Below are positions 48,468 to 63,100 of a DNA stretch of 64,000 nucleotides, piece by piece. Positions within the stretch are counted from its first letter, which is position 1. The number at the start of each line of letters is the position of its first letter. Where the stretch lies: the NCBI RefSeq assembly GCF_036588685.1, contig NC_086376.1, positions 91,863,630-91,927,629 on the forward strand. The letters are read 5' to 3'. The notes beneath the pieces are model-generated. The model was not told where the DNA came from. It did no database searches and worked only from the letters and a program-made list of their open reading frames with translations. Source of the DNA: Mytilus trossulus. Lineage: Eukaryota. The translations under genes were made by a program, and so were the position numbers.

Positions 48468-49219
48468 AGGGCAAAGTGAGCTTTTCTCATCACTTGGCGT
48501 CCGTTGTCGTTAACTTTAACAACATTTCCTCTGAAACTACTGGGCCAAATTCAACCGAACTTGGCCACAATCATCATTGTATCTAGTTTAAAAAATGTGT
48601 GGCATGACCCCGCCAACCAACCAAGATGACCACCATTGCTAAAAATAGAACATAGGGGTAAAATGCCGTTTTTGGCTTATAACTTAAAAACCAAAGCATT
48701 TAGAGCAAAACTGACACGGTGTACAATTGTTCTTCGGGTCAAGAACTATCTGCCCTATAATTTGCAGATGAATCCGACAATCAGTTGTTGGGTTGCTGCC
48801 CATGAATGGGTAATTTTAGGGAAATTTTGCTGTTTTATCTTGAATATTATTAAAGATAGAGATAAACTGTAAACAGCAATAATGTACAACAAAGAAAGAC
48901 CTAAAAATAAGTCAACATGACCAACATGGTCAATTGACCCCCTACGGAGTTATTGTCCTTTATAGTCAATTTAACAATTTTCATAAAATTTGTAAATTTT
49001 TTTCTAACATTTTCCACTGAAACTACTGGGCCAAGTTCATTATAGATAGAAATAATTGTAAGCAGCAAGAATGTTCAGTAGAGTAAGATGTACAAACACA
49101 TCATCATCATCATCATCATCATCACCAACACACAATTTTGTCATGAATCCATCTGCGTCCTTTGTTTAATATTCACACAGACCAAGTCGAGCGACACAGG
49201 TTCTTTAGAGCCTCTAGTT
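48468..49219 (+). mobile_element. HINE-like element, near full length, nested in the CAC-ended element
   Basis: Starts ...GTGAGCTTTTCTCATCACTTGGCGTCCGTTGTCG; body and 3' hairpin match 1-550; includes a (CAT)n expansion. Confidence 0.75.
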
Positions 49220-52200
49220 CAACTTTCGAGGTTAAGTGTTGAATAGGAAAAAAGACAATAGCTTTAATGTTAATCCTTATCAAAATAGTAACAGACTGCA
49301 ACCACTTGCAGATTTATCAAATGGTAAAAGAATTACTGTTTTCTGATTACTAGTATTATGTCTGGTCACGCATTTTCTTTCACGATCAAAATAATACGTT
49401 GCCTGATCTTTCACGATCAAGATCGATGGAAATTCAACAAACTCAAGGTTTTTATAAACAAATTAACGCTTTTAATGGAAGAACATACTTTAATTTTACT
49501 GTACTATCAGATACACCAAAGATTAAATTTCAAATATATCATGATATTCTGAAATATGACCATTATAGGTACAAAAAGCGTGCTATTTGTAGTTAATTTC
49601 ATAGACACGCATTGCGTCTTTTGTGTTTTTTCAAAAAGTACTTCACATTCTCTTTATCTTCTTTCACAGTTATGTTGAGGAAGTTAAACCATTTTGACAG
49701 ACATAATTTTTTGTTCGGAATTGTTCCGCGTTTTGAAAACTAAGCGATTTTTTCAAAGATTCTGAACTAGAATGTACATTAAATGTCTTTCACGATCCGT
49801 TACCAGAACTTTCACGATCGTCTCTCAATACTTGACCGCCGTTGGATATTCTTTCACGATAATTTCTCTCGATAAACCGAATGACACCCGTGCAGTAGCA
49901 AGAACTTATCGAGTCAATATTTATTGATTAAACTCAGGTGATATTTAAATAATGTTCAACTAGTTCTATTTTAACAAATTGTATCACAATAAGATAAAGA
50001 GTGTTCTTTTAATTTCAATTTCAATTTGGTGTTGCAATATTTTTTTCCATGCCGTGTGAATATATTCTTTGATTTTGACAAGAAAAGGAGTTAACGTGTT
50101 TTATTCATGTTTAAGATACGCAATTATAAATAAGTAGATGTGGAATGAGTGCCAATGGGACAACTCTCCCTCCAATTAGATATAGGAAGATGTGGTATGA
50201 CTGCCAGTGAGATAACTCTCCATCAGCTATAGCCTATGGGAAGATATGGTATGAGTGCCAATGAGACAACTCTCCATCCAACTATATATAGCCTATAGGA
50301 AGATAGATTATACCGTTGGTTTCCTCGTTAGAATGGTTTTACACTAGTATTTTTTGTAGGCCCTTTATAACTTGCTGTTCGGTGTGAGCCAACGCTCCAT
50401 GTTGAAGGCCGTATCTTGACCTATAATGGTTTACTTTTTATAAATTGTTACTGGGATGGAGACTTGTTTCATTGACACTCATACCACATCTTCCTAAATA
50501 TATATGTGAGTGCCAATGAGACAACTCTCCATCCAAGTCACAATTTATAAAAGTAAACCATTAAAGGTCAAGTTCTATGAGTGACGTGAAAGTTTCTTAG
50601 CTTTTTTATATTATTTTTATTAACTTGAACGAATAGTTTGGGTATACGTAACGAGAGATCAAATTAAAAGGCAACGTATACGCAATTGGGAATATTTCGT
50701 ACTTTTATAAGATTGTGTAAACACAAGAACCTGAAAAAAATAAATGTTTCAAAAACGAACACAAAGATATAAAAATCAAGATAAAATTTGTAAAATGGAT
50801 CTTTAACTGTATTTCATTATCTTTAAATAGCGTTTTAATTGTCGAAAATCCGTCCTCAAAATGCGCTTAAAAACAAAGCTGGCATGGTTGTAAATATGTT
50901 CGTTTTAAATAATCATATGCAAATATTGAGGATCTCCATATTCTTAAACCTCTCACTTGTGTGACAGTTGTATGAAATTCCATAATATTGTAATATTGAC
51001 AACGATGTATGTACAAAACACACAGACATAATAAGTATAAAAGTCAAAAATAGGGGTAAAGCAATCAACGTTATGATATTTTATTAAAAGATATGAGCAA
51101 ATAAACCCTAATACGGATAAATCAGTATGCATGTGCAATTCTGAAAACGTTCTGCTGTCGATATAAATTAAAATTTATTATCAACCAACTAAGTACATTA
51201 TTGCCTAAAATGAATGTTTAATAAAAATTACATATTTTCTGTAATGGCCCTGTTTTTCAATAATGGCCTTATTACAATATTACAATATTACAGTGTATGT
51301 AAAGTGCGGATCCTAAAATATCATTTTTACTGTATATGCCTCAAATGTCTAATGTAGAATGATAAATAAACAGACGAACTTTTTTTAATTTTTGAAGAAA
51401 ATGAAGAAAATTAGTTAAAATGTATATGTTCAGAAATACATAATACTAATAAAACAAAGTAAGAGATGCGAGCGGGGTGTTATCGCGCCTAAAGCCATCC
51501 AGCTGTGAAATATATACCAAAATAGGTGAATATTTATGACATTTCACGAACAGATCGTGCAGGTGCTTTATAACTAACAGGTAAGATGTTGTTGCAGTAA
51601 AAACTATTCATTTTAATACAATTAATAGAGTTGTATAACGTGGAATATGTTTTGTCATTCAGTTTCTTCATATTTAACTAAATTCCACTATGGTGATTTC
51701 GTAATGCTAGTCATGTTTACTGTCGAATAATGATACTATTCTTTCATTTTCACTGTGGAGCGAATCATTAGTATTGTATATGCGGTGCATTTTCACTGTA
51801 TAATTTTTTTTTTATCTATTACAGCTCATTTCTTTAAGCATGAAGAGCAAGACTTTAGTTGACTTGCTTGCTTTTCTTTTATTGGATAATCATTATGGTA
51901 ACACCCAATTTAATTCAAATATTAAAAATACAGGTTAAACTATGCCTATTCATATTGTTTAAAAATGTCAATCTTATTTACAAAGATTGTATAAACAATT
52001 AAACAAACAAAGCAAACAAGCCAACCAAAGTTTTGCTTTACATGCAATAGGAAATTAGCTGTAAAGCATTAATTTAGCCGACTTGCTCAAACAATAGATA
52101 AAGTAAGAGAAAGATTTGATAAAAATTAACTTACGGAGGAATGTTTGGTTTTAAAACACTCTAATTAATTCAATAGAAATAACATTTATTTCAAATGTAT

Positions 52201-52581
52201 TCCATTTAGTTTCTTATAAAGCGTATAGGGATCTTCATCCTTATTTATTTTTATCCATTTCCATGACACTTCACCACTAATTCCGTACATCTTGATATAG
52301 ATTGAACCTTTGTTTTCCCGTTTAACAGGTTTTACACTGGAGCCCTTTATAACTTGCTGTTCGGTGTGAGCCAAGACTCCATGTTGAAGACCGTATTTTG
52401 ACGTATAATGTTCTACTTTTATAAATTGTGACTCGGATGGAGAGTTGTCTCATTGTCACATACGACATCTATATATGGCTCAAAAACGAAACGAGACGGG
52501 ATAAAAATGGATAAAAAAATCCACGCTACTTTTTTAATATATTTATAGTGGACTTAATATGAGTCAGAACAGAGTAAAATA

Positions 52582-52829
52582 GTGTGTCTCATTTGAGTTT
52601 AAGCGTGACGCCGGATTGCCGATTTTTTGCAAGCGTGACAGGTGAAAGTCAAATGATTGTGTTGTGAAAAACGAGAAATGAAGTCTAGCGGGACACGCAT
52701 AATTACAAAAAATGAGAACTGCATAGTATAAGCGGGATACGGGAATCTGACAAAACAATAAGCGGAATACGGGAATCTGCCAAAAACAGTAAGCGGGATC
52801 CGGTATCAGAACCCCCCAATGAGACCCCC
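52582..52829. mobile_element. Short GC-rich MITE-like element
   Basis: GTCTCATT / AATGAGAC inverted ends with internal AAGCGGGATACGGGAATCTG repeats. Confidence 0.45.
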
Positions 52830-55800
52830 AGAATAAGATATTTTTGTATATTCATCCTATTGTTACAGTCATGCCTTCAATACCAAATGTATCTGATCGA
52901 GCATTTTTTTATATTTTTGGTCCCTTTTTCAATTTTGTGGGGTCCAAATTTATAGACAAAAGTCCTTTAATATAGATATTAGGGATTCGTTGACATGCTT
53001 AATCTAGCCGTGTATCTAGTTTGGGGATTTTTTGCCTAGTTGCTGAAATAGCCTATATAGAGTTCCAAAGGGTCTTAAATCAACAAAAATGAATTGTAGC
53101 TTGCATTTCGTGTACAATAACCCAAATGTGTATGGTTTTACCTCTTCGGTAGTATCCATTCGCGGATCTAGAATTTTCATTTTGAGAATTGCTTTTGTTA
53201 CAAGTTTGAAAAGCTATATATTTGATGTAGAATGAATGAGGAGTTTGTATTTCAATTTGAAAATACATGTTTCATAAATCCTAAAGTCATCAACTATTTT
53301 TTTTCGTTTGTTGCAAGTGCATTTATCACATAATTCTACAATAAAAATTCCTCGCATCTTTGAAAATTCTACATTAATAATGACTGCACTAACAGTGATA
53401 ATTCATCGCATCTATAGTTAAAATGGACGCTTTCAATAATCGATATGCTATATTATGATGCTTTTATAACACTTATTTGAACTTTAATGCTATGTTTGTA
53501 TATTATAAAGACATATTACAATGAAAATATGTTAAAACTTATCTTCAAATCACTTAACTTGATATTTTCAAACATAAACAAATACAATTTTTCCCATGAT
53601 CCTTTATTCTACAATAGACATACCCGCATATAACAGTAAAAATGAACTAGCTGGATTCGCACTTTATATACACTGATATTATGGAATGTTATACAATTGT
53701 CGAGACCTATACGGCAAAACTTGAATCGGGGTCTCGAGGCCAATACAGCAAACCTTGAATCAATACCAGTGCCAATATAGAAACAGGCAGTTAATAACAC
53801 TATAATCTTTATCACTTTATAAAAAAAACAGATATTTATATTTGTTAAATAATTGTTTTTTATTGGTATTAAGATATTTGTGGTACTTGAACATTCTGTC
53901 ATTTTCGTATTCATTTTTTTCATTTTGATTTTTGCTATGTGATTTGTCTATATAAAATGAAAATTAAAAAAAGAAACGGGGAATGTGTCAACGCGACAAC
54001 AACCTGGCCATAGAGCAGACAACAGCCGAAGGTCAACATTGAGTCTTCAATGTAGCGAGAAACTCCCGCACTCGGAGGCGTCCATCAGCTAGCCCCTTAA
54101 GAAATATGTATACTAGTTCAGTGATAATGGACGTCATACTAAAGTCCGAATTATACACAAAAGAACTAAAATTAAAAATCACAAGACTAAGAAAGGCCAG
54201 GGGCTCCTGACTTTGGACAGGCGCAAAATTGCGACGGGGTTAAATATGTTTATGAGATCTAAACCCTCCCCCTATACCTCTAGCAAATGTAGAAAAGTAA
54301 ACGCATAACAATACGCACATTAAAATTCAGTTCAAGAGAATTCCGAGTCCGATGCCTATTTTATGTTTCTTCGTTTCATATATGAAGTGACTCTGTACTT
54401 ATACATCCCGTCATTGTGTTTTTTTACTATGGTAAAATTTGTGTATTCTTGTCTTTAATTTTTCAAGTACTAATATGATTGGTCTGTACATGGAAGTGAT
54501 ATTTAAATAACTTTCATGGTCTGTATGCAATAGTGTGCTTCTTTGTTACATGTTTGTATGTTTTTTAGTGATGAGGATTATAGCACAATGCTGACTGCTG
54601 TATTATTTGACATTGTTTACCTATTATGTCTGCTTGTCTTGTTCACGCATGCATCGTTGGAATATATAATGGAGTTTGATGCGACTGTCATACAAGTGAG
54701 AGGTTTGGATGAGCTACATCGTTTTCTACATGAGAAAATTCCTGTGCCAAGACAGGAATATGAAAGTTGTTATCCTTTCGTTTGATGTGTTTGAGCTTTT
54801 GATTTTCAGTTTGACTAGGGACTTTCCGGTTTGAATATTCCTCGTAGTTCAGTATTTTTGTGATTTTACTTTTTTTTACGTCAGGAATCTGTAATTCATA
54901 TTTTGTCATTGTTTCATGACGTCATATTTGCTTTCGTAAACTTTTGTTATACATAAGGTCGTTACTATGTCAGTTTTCTCACCTGAATTATTGTACAGTT
55001 TTCATGACGAGGCCTTTTATACTAGTAGTCGACGGTACGGGTTTTTCCTAATATTTGAAGGTCGTATGATGGCTTACAATTGCTTACCACCACTTAGTTT
55101 ATCTCTGGTGGTCAGTTGGGTAAATGGCAATCTTACCACATCTCATTTCTATACGGAACTGGTTTTTAAAACAAGTATCCCCGGTTTATAAAGGGATTAT
55201 AATGTGTGGCAAAGTTCCGTTATATGTGCCATGCATATACGTGCTATATATATGTTGTTGTTTGTGTTTTCGCCTGGTAGTCAGTTTTTGAGTGTGATAT
55301 GTTTTTCTATCAAATATCTAAGATTACTCATATTATCTGAGATGCGTTAATCATTTATTTCCTAAGTCAGAAATCTGATGTTCAGTGGATATCCTCTGTT
55401 TATGTGGTTCATACATGTTTCTCGTTTCTCGTTTTTTATATAGATTAGACCGTTGGTTTTCCCATTTGAATGGTTTGACATCAGTATTTTTTGTGGCCTT
55501 TATATATAGCTCGCAGTTCTGAGTGAGCCAAGGCTCCGTGTTGAGAGCCGTTTCTTGACCTATAATGGTTTTCTTTTATAAATTGTTACTTCAATGGAGA
55601 GTTTTCTCATTGACAGTCATACCACATCTTCCTATATCTATTTATATCTACAGAACGTTATTTTCTTCATTTAGCGGTTCAAACTTAACGCAATGCATGA
55701 ACGAATGCCGACAGATGTGCATTGTTGAAACAGATATCGATGATAGTGAAATAGTCTTGTCTTGTTTACACTCAATGAGGTGGAAGAATTTGTTTAAATA

Positions 55801-58800
55801 TAGTGGTAGTTAAATTATCTCTTAGATAGTTTAATTTGCACAAGGGTGATACCGATTGAAAATTAAAAAAAAAATGGAATTTTTATCTCGATAATTGGGC
55901 ACAATTGAAAGAAAGTTGGCAGGAAGTGTGGAAATTTAAGTAAAATCAAAATTTCCACATAATTTTACTTGAAAGTAATATCACCATAAATATTTAGAGT
56001 TTGGTCTTATTAATTATCGTTGATTAATTAGCGTTTCAGGTTACACAATTTACATACTGACCTTTATTTATCCTTCAACGTAGTTAAATACAAGGACAAT
56101 ACTATCAATATAAGTAAATAGCACGTAATCAATCTATACTGCAAGTTATGGTTTTTGACCCAGAAGCGTTGGGTAGCTGTCTCAATACTGTTTAACATAC
56201 ATATCGGAGACATGTACATATCGTACCAACAATTTATATGTATAAACAAATTGCAGATGTGTTTGTTGTGCATACAAGGTGTTTTAACAATTAAATATTC
56301 AAACATTGTAAAACTCAATTAATTGAAATTAGCTGTTAAATTACAGACATTTGAGTAGTACGTGTAATTGCTACAATCACAAGAAAATGGCTTAACACGC
56401 GAAATACAGAGACAGTCTTATAAAGATCTATTCAAAATGACTGTTTATGTTCAAAAGTTGTTATCAGAATAAATTACAAAAACAAAAGTAAGACCGAACA
56501 TAAAAGACTTACAGTAAATGACGCTTAGAGATAAAAGAAGCAAATAAACCCTATACATCACATTGGTAAAGGGATTCGGCACATGTGAAAGCGGGAGGAC
56601 ATGATGACGAGTTTACGTCTTTAGAATGCGTTTTCTATTTTGTTTTTTACATTTCAATTTTATTTAAACTGTTTGAAAATATCTTTTAATATTTTATTAA
56701 ATCAGTGGATATGCTAGTAAGTCTGAGAACTGTAAGATTTGTCTTTTGATAAACTTTATCGCATTTTTATGATTTTTGTCGATATTTGTACTTCTAGCTA
56801 TTCTCATAAATATTAAAGCTTACTCATGATTATGCAGTGAAATCACAATAAAAGGTAGGACAGTAGTGTGTATTTGGAAAATTTTAATGAAAAACGGCAT
56901 CTCAAATGAATGCGATTGATATAATTTTGAAAATATGTGACCAAAAACCCGGTGTCAATTTCACATGACGGCGACTATTAACAGAAAGCCAACCTCAATA
57001 ATTCATAAAAAAAATGCATCCGTATGGAAATCTGATACCAACCGTAGTTGATTTATATTTAAAAGTTTCACTGAATTTCTCAAAATGTGAGGACAAGAAA
57101 TGTTTGTTATTTATCAGTTGTGGTTAATTATCGAAATAGAAATAATTAACTTATCTGATACCGCTAACTACATGATTGGGTTTACAAATTACTATAGGGT
57201 ACCGACGCTACAATCACTCATCAATCCAGGTTGAAATAGTTTATCTTGTCAAAGCGTAATTACTTATCTTAGCGGGGTATAAAGGGTAGAAAATTTAAAA
57301 TAAACATACACGACTCTAACGCCGAGTTTTAATCTTGTTAAATCAGATTGTCTTTTTAATACGGTTAAGGCTTTCGCTAGAGTACGTTATCAGACTTTCC
57401 CTAATTCTTATAAAAACATTGGCGTTCCAGTCATTTCATTTGAAACGGACATGCGCCAGTCGTACGGCTTAAATATTTCTTTAATTCTAGAGTACTTTAC
57501 TACTCATTCTTTGACAGCCAGTGAGTAATATATGTGCTGGTAGTACCAATATCAATTAGTGATCTTCAAAACTTCCGATAATTTAAACTTTTAGTTAACA
57601 TCAAAAGTTTGTTATATCACAGAAGAAAGTTTTATGTACATTTTACACGTTGGATTTATGAGATTGTTATAACCAATCAAAAGTGTCCGTTTCAAGACGA
57701 CCAAACAGGATTAGTTAGAACCTTTGTCGCGGTTCAGCATTATCTGACTATATGACTTGAATAACTAAAAAAATATATAGTATTTGACTATTTATTCACG
57801 GAAAGTGTATAGATAAGACATTAGTGGAATATACAAGTTATATACTATATGGACGCTTTCTTAAATGTAATTTTCCAGTTCAAGGATTGCAACATATTAG
57901 TGAAAAGGATTTTTAGATTTATGTAGATAAATGGATGTGAAATACTGAAACATAAGTCTTGATTATATGACTTAAATAACAAAAATGTGAATATATATAT
58001 AAACAATTACTTAATGTGCTCGTATCAGAAAAATGAGGCCTAAACTACAAGACTTCCAGAGACTTCTTTTTTTCTTTATTCTCCTAATAAAGACAGTTCA
58101 ACCGTCTTGGTGGTAAGTTGACATTTTTAAATTACTTTATCTTTAAATGTTTAATTTGTATCTCAATCTATTTGTAATCACAATTGAGTCCGATATTTTT
58201 TTTCTATAAAACGATTTTCAGATTTTTCACGAAAAACTTCTTCTTGAAAAAAACTAATAAGTGAAATAAATGGATTATACATTGAAAAAATAACTTTTGA
58301 AAGCGTTCTATCCAACAGAAGATTTTATTTAGTAGAGAGAACGTTTATCGTGTATAAATCATATGAAAAGGCATTTTTGATTTTTGTTTGTAGTAAAGTG
58401 AATTTGACGTTTTATCTTGGATACTGATAAACTACACTTGGACATTTAGATGAATAGCCTCTCCTATATTCATTTAAATAAATTTCCAGAAAGACTTTTT
58501 TGCTGGTATAGCCAGATTTTTCGGTACAGACTTATGTCATCCAAAATTCAATTATACTTTTGTCCTTGTTTTTAATTATTATTGTCAAACCCAATAAATA
58601 TTCTCTATGTTGAAGGCTTCTAATTTTTAATTTTAATTGAATCGGTGATATGGGTTCCTAATTGAGGTACTATTGGTACTCTTCACTGATATAAACCATC
58701 TTGAAATTTATAAAGCAATATTTCAAGTACCCCTTTTTCAAACTTCAATGTTAATGAAATACGTCTAAGTAAATTTTAATCATTAAAATTGTATTTAAAG

Positions 58801-61800
58801 AAAGGTGTGAATTCATTTTATTAAAATATTTTGAAACTAACATTATTAAGATATTGAAAACATCTAGACCTAGAATAGTAAATATGATATGATAACTGTA
58901 TTATCATAACGCCTAAACCAATTATCAATTAATAAACTGGACTATGTAACATTCATAATAACAATTACTGTGCAATTCATCTTTAAAAAAAAAGGCAATT
59001 GTCAATTTGAAAATTTATTCAACTGAAATATCAAAGTTGTATAGATGCAGTCTTAACTTTTACAACATTAATCATTTTTGTCCATAAAAAAACCTACAAA
59101 ATATAGGAAAACGTGTTAAGTTAGGACTCTAAATAAGATGAGAAATTTATTCGAATTTTACACCATTTCTTTAGAAAGTTTATCTCAAAACATAGGCCAT
59201 TTGTTGGAAAATTTCGAAATATTCGTCGTGACTTATTAATTTTCAAATTTTACCGTTTTTAATAATTGCTTTCGAACTCATTGGCTTTTAAGATTACATT
59301 TCTGGCAAATGCACTACACATTCTGACTGTCTGCACGTTATTCAAAATATAGATTAACATTTGAAATCTTTGAACAGATGAAGAAACATGTATAATTTCT
59401 CTTTCATCTAGACGTTTCGCTTGTTTCTGCATCAAAACAACGAAACCAAATACGCTGTAATTACCAATTACCAAAATAATATTTTCATAATCTATTGAAA
59501 GATTCCAGATGCAAATAATATAATGTTTTATCAAATTATTTTACCAACGGAAAATAAAAAAAGCATGTATAGTGATAAATGTATCATATGATAACTTTTC
59601 ATAATTATTTAAGACTCCATAATTGCATTGGTATGTCCTTCGTTTAATTCATAAATCCTTTCTTCGTGGGTTTCATAATTCTTTCTAGCTATAACGAGTT
59701 ATCATATTTAATGCGACCTAAGATTTGCCAAGATAAGAGTTGGAACTCTATATATAAAAAAGGTAAAAAAATGTTCCGTTTTCCTGTTCATCATTTATTC
59801 ATGGGTTGACTCGGGTTAAGTAATCGTTTCACTCTGAGTCTTATGAATCGACAGTAAAACCAACACTTAAGGGGAGCTTCCATTCGGTTGTGAAGAATGC
59901 ATAAATATGCATTCACGTCTTGCCGAAATTAAGGCGTATAATGTAAACTGTCAAAAAAGTTTGAAAACTTATGAAAAAGTATAAAAAATTGAATCATGAT
60001 GTTGTCCTTTTTACACATACGTTCTTTTAATAGTACATTTATATTTGAGAATTAGAGATCACAGCCCCTCCCCAACCTCCTCACCACATGATGACCGTGA
60101 CGATCCTCTCAATGTTTAATGATTGAGTGTGTTGCTAGATTAATGTCCAGCTGCAAATATTTCACGAACGTTTAAGAAAAGAACTATTGTTTACTTCATA
60201 ATCTTTAAAAAATCCCAAACGGCACGCGAAGTAGAATTTTAATCGAAATAAGGGTACCCACAGTAACCGTGACATTACCCGACCAGGAATTAAAATTGTC
60301 GCGTACTTTGCGGGGAAGGCATAATTAGTTTTAAGATTTTATTCCACTTTTTTTTGGCTTAAAAATGCTAAAGAACGTGGTTAACGCTACCAATCTGCCT
60401 GAGGTTCCTGTCGACAAACACGTCAACTTTCCCCCTGATAAATATTGGAGTATATTGTTTATTTCCATACATATATCACTATAATATAGATAAATTGAAC
60501 AAATAGATTTATCACACAGAAGCCGATATCATTTTACACCAAACCGGGTATATTACAATAGTTTATTTGGAATGTGCGATATAACAGAATTATTGGATTA
60601 TGAGTTATGTAATATAGAAGGGATGATAAGTTCTTCAGGGTAGTTTGGCAGATGTATAGACCAAAGGCGACAGTTTTGTGTAAATTTGTTTGAATGAGTC
60701 GAGATATACCCGTCGTGAAATCAAATTAAAATGATGCTAGCGTTATTTCAAGGCTGGTTTTGCAAGACTGTTCTTGACTATTTGAATATGTCAAGAGAAC
60801 TTATCATATGTACATTTGCATGATTACCATTAAATTCCAATTATGCTATCAGATAACAATATTTTTATAATATATTGTAAATGCCATCTTGTTCAATTTA
60901 AGACTATCGATAATATTTTCCCACACTGTACAAATATCCATTAAAATGTCACTAACTTGTTAAAATAGGATTAGGTAATCCTTTCCGTCTTGTAACAATA
61001 ATCCATTAAGTGATTAATTAAACTTTAATTCCTAACTGAAATTGACACTTTTTTTTCATTTATAAATTTGTTGTCGTTTTAGTCGAAAAAAAAGAAAGAA
61101 AATTTCTTTAAAAGCATAATCAAGAAGTCTTCAGAAGTATCAAAAAGGGGAAGGGGTGTCAAAAACAAATCAGGCATTTTTAAGAAAGTATAAAAAAGGG
61201 GGGAGAGGGTATGAAAACATAATTAATTAGCACAAGAAACCCCTAATGACAGAAAACATCCAAAATACATGAAACGAACATATAATCGTTATTACAGCAA
61301 ATTTCTTAAGTGGCAACAAGAAGATGGATGGACCATTCTCGTAATAATCAATCAATTGTTTAAAACAGTTGTACAGATTTTGATAACAAAGCCAGCTGCG
61401 TACAATCTGGTTGTTTGTAAATTATCAATCATCCCAAAATCAGACAATTACAGACATTTATATTTTGAACATCTTGATGAAAATAAACTAAACAATACCT
61501 GGAATATTGTTTTAAATTTCGTACCTGTCTATCATAAGAAATAAGATCGTTAAAATATTATTTTTCATTTTCTGTTCATGCATTTAAAACACTCGCGAAC
61601 TTTTAAAACATTAATTTCTGTCTGTGTTTCACGGTTCACTTTTGTAAGCTATTTTGCGCCATGCAGATACATGCATTATTGCTGCAGTATGAATATCGCC
61701 TACACATGTACAGGTTTTACATACAAAGAGCATGTCGATGGCAAGTGTAAAACCTCTTTTGCAACACAGTCCGTGAAAGATTTGCAACCTAACATAAGGA

Positions 61801-61819
61801 AGACTGCAAAGACACAAAT

Positions 61820-62728
61820 CATTCACACCGAATTACACAGTAAACATTAAGATTCACTAACAGATCACACAGAAAACATCAAGATTCACTAACAGATCAC
61901 ACAAAGTACAAAACATTCCAGGAGCGGATGCAGGAATTTTCGAAAGGGGGTGCTAACCCAGGGCAAAAGGGGGGGGGGGGGTGCAAAACATATGTCCCGA
62001 TACAAATGCATTGATCGGCAAAAATAAAGGGGGGGTGCGCACCCCCGGAACCCCCCCTCTGGATCCGACACTGCATTCACACCGAATTACACAGAAAACA
62101 TCAAGATTCACTAGCAGATCACACAAAGTCCAAAACATTCACACCGAATTACACAGAAAACATCAAGATTCACTAACAGATCACACAAAGTACAAAACAT
62201 TCACACCGAATTACACAGTAAACATCAAGATTCACTAACAGATCACACAAAGTACAAAACATTCACACCGAATTACACAGTAAACATCAAGATTCACTAA
62301 CAGATCACACAAAGTACAAAACATTCACACCGAATTACACAGAAAACATCAAGATTCACTAACAGATCACACAGAAAACATCAAGATTCACTAACAGATC
62401 ACACAGAAAACATCAAGATTCACTAACAGATCACACAGTAAACATCAAGATTCACTAACAGATCACACAGCAAACATCAAGATTCACTAACAGATCACAC
62501 AGTAAACATCAAGATTCACTAACAGATCACACAGTAAACATCAAGATTCACTAAAAGATCACACAGTAAACATCAAGATTCACTAACAGATCACACAGAA
62601 AACATCAAGATTCACTAACAGATCACACAGTAAACATCAAGATTCACTTACAGATCACACAGTAAACATCAAGATTCACTAACAGATCACACAGTAAACA
62701 TCAAGATTCACTAACAGATCACACAGTA
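61820..62728. repeat. Minisatellite: 32-bp unit plus 62-bp (32+30) higher-order unit
   Basis: ACACAG(T/A)AAACATCAAGATTCACTAACAGATC repeated. The first half alternates with ACACAAAGTACAAAACATTCACACCGAATT. Confidence 0.95.
61919..62073. mobile_element. 155-bp GC-rich MITE with 5-bp TSD (CATTC) inserted in the minisatellite
   Basis: CATTC|CAGGAGCGGATGCAG ... CTGGATCCGACACTG|CATTC. The uninterrupted unit reads AAAACATTCACACCG. Confidence 0.85.
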
Positions 62729-62917
62729 CAAATCACAATCCAGAAGAGTAAAAAAACATAACTAAATAAAATGGTAAAAAGGGACCTGACGTTGGTCTCC
62801 ACGTGTGTAGGGAAGATGGGACTCATGTCATGCTTTTTTATAACCTTTTTGGTTGATTTATTTTGTTAATAACTTAATATCTTTATTAGAGATTGTTAGT
62901 ACCAAATGACTGTCAAC

Positions 62918-63074
62918 AAATAATGGCTCCATATAAATAATGGCTCCATATAAATAATGCTCCATATAAATAATGGCTCCATATAAATAATGCTCCATAT
63001 AAATAATGGCTCCATATAAATAATGGCTCCATATAAATAATGCTCCATATAAATAATGGCTCCATATAAATAAT
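62918..63074. repeat. Minisatellite, 16/17-bp unit (AAATAATG[G]CTCCATAT), ~9 copies
   Basis: Read directly from the sequence. Confidence 0.95.
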
Positions 63075-63100
63075 TCAAATGTAAAGTAAAGAATAAGATG

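Larger units (their letters stand above)
46606..49892. mobile_element. Non-autonomous DNA transposon with ~115-bp TIRs, CAC...GTG termini and 5-bp TSD (CAGTA); Transib-like; carries nested insertions
   Basis: CAGTA|CACGGGTGTCATTCGGTTTATCGAGAGAAA... and ...TTTCTCTCGATAAACCGAATGACACCCGTG|CAGTA. Subterminal GATCGTGAAA motifs are mirrored at both ends. Confidence 0.8.

Noticed and set aside
56000-61800. Exons or conserved regulatory elements in the repeat-poor stretch (including ORFs 59259-59534 and 61269-61544)
   Set aside because: No recognisable protein motifs or consistent exon chain; this would need RNA-seq or cross-species alignment.
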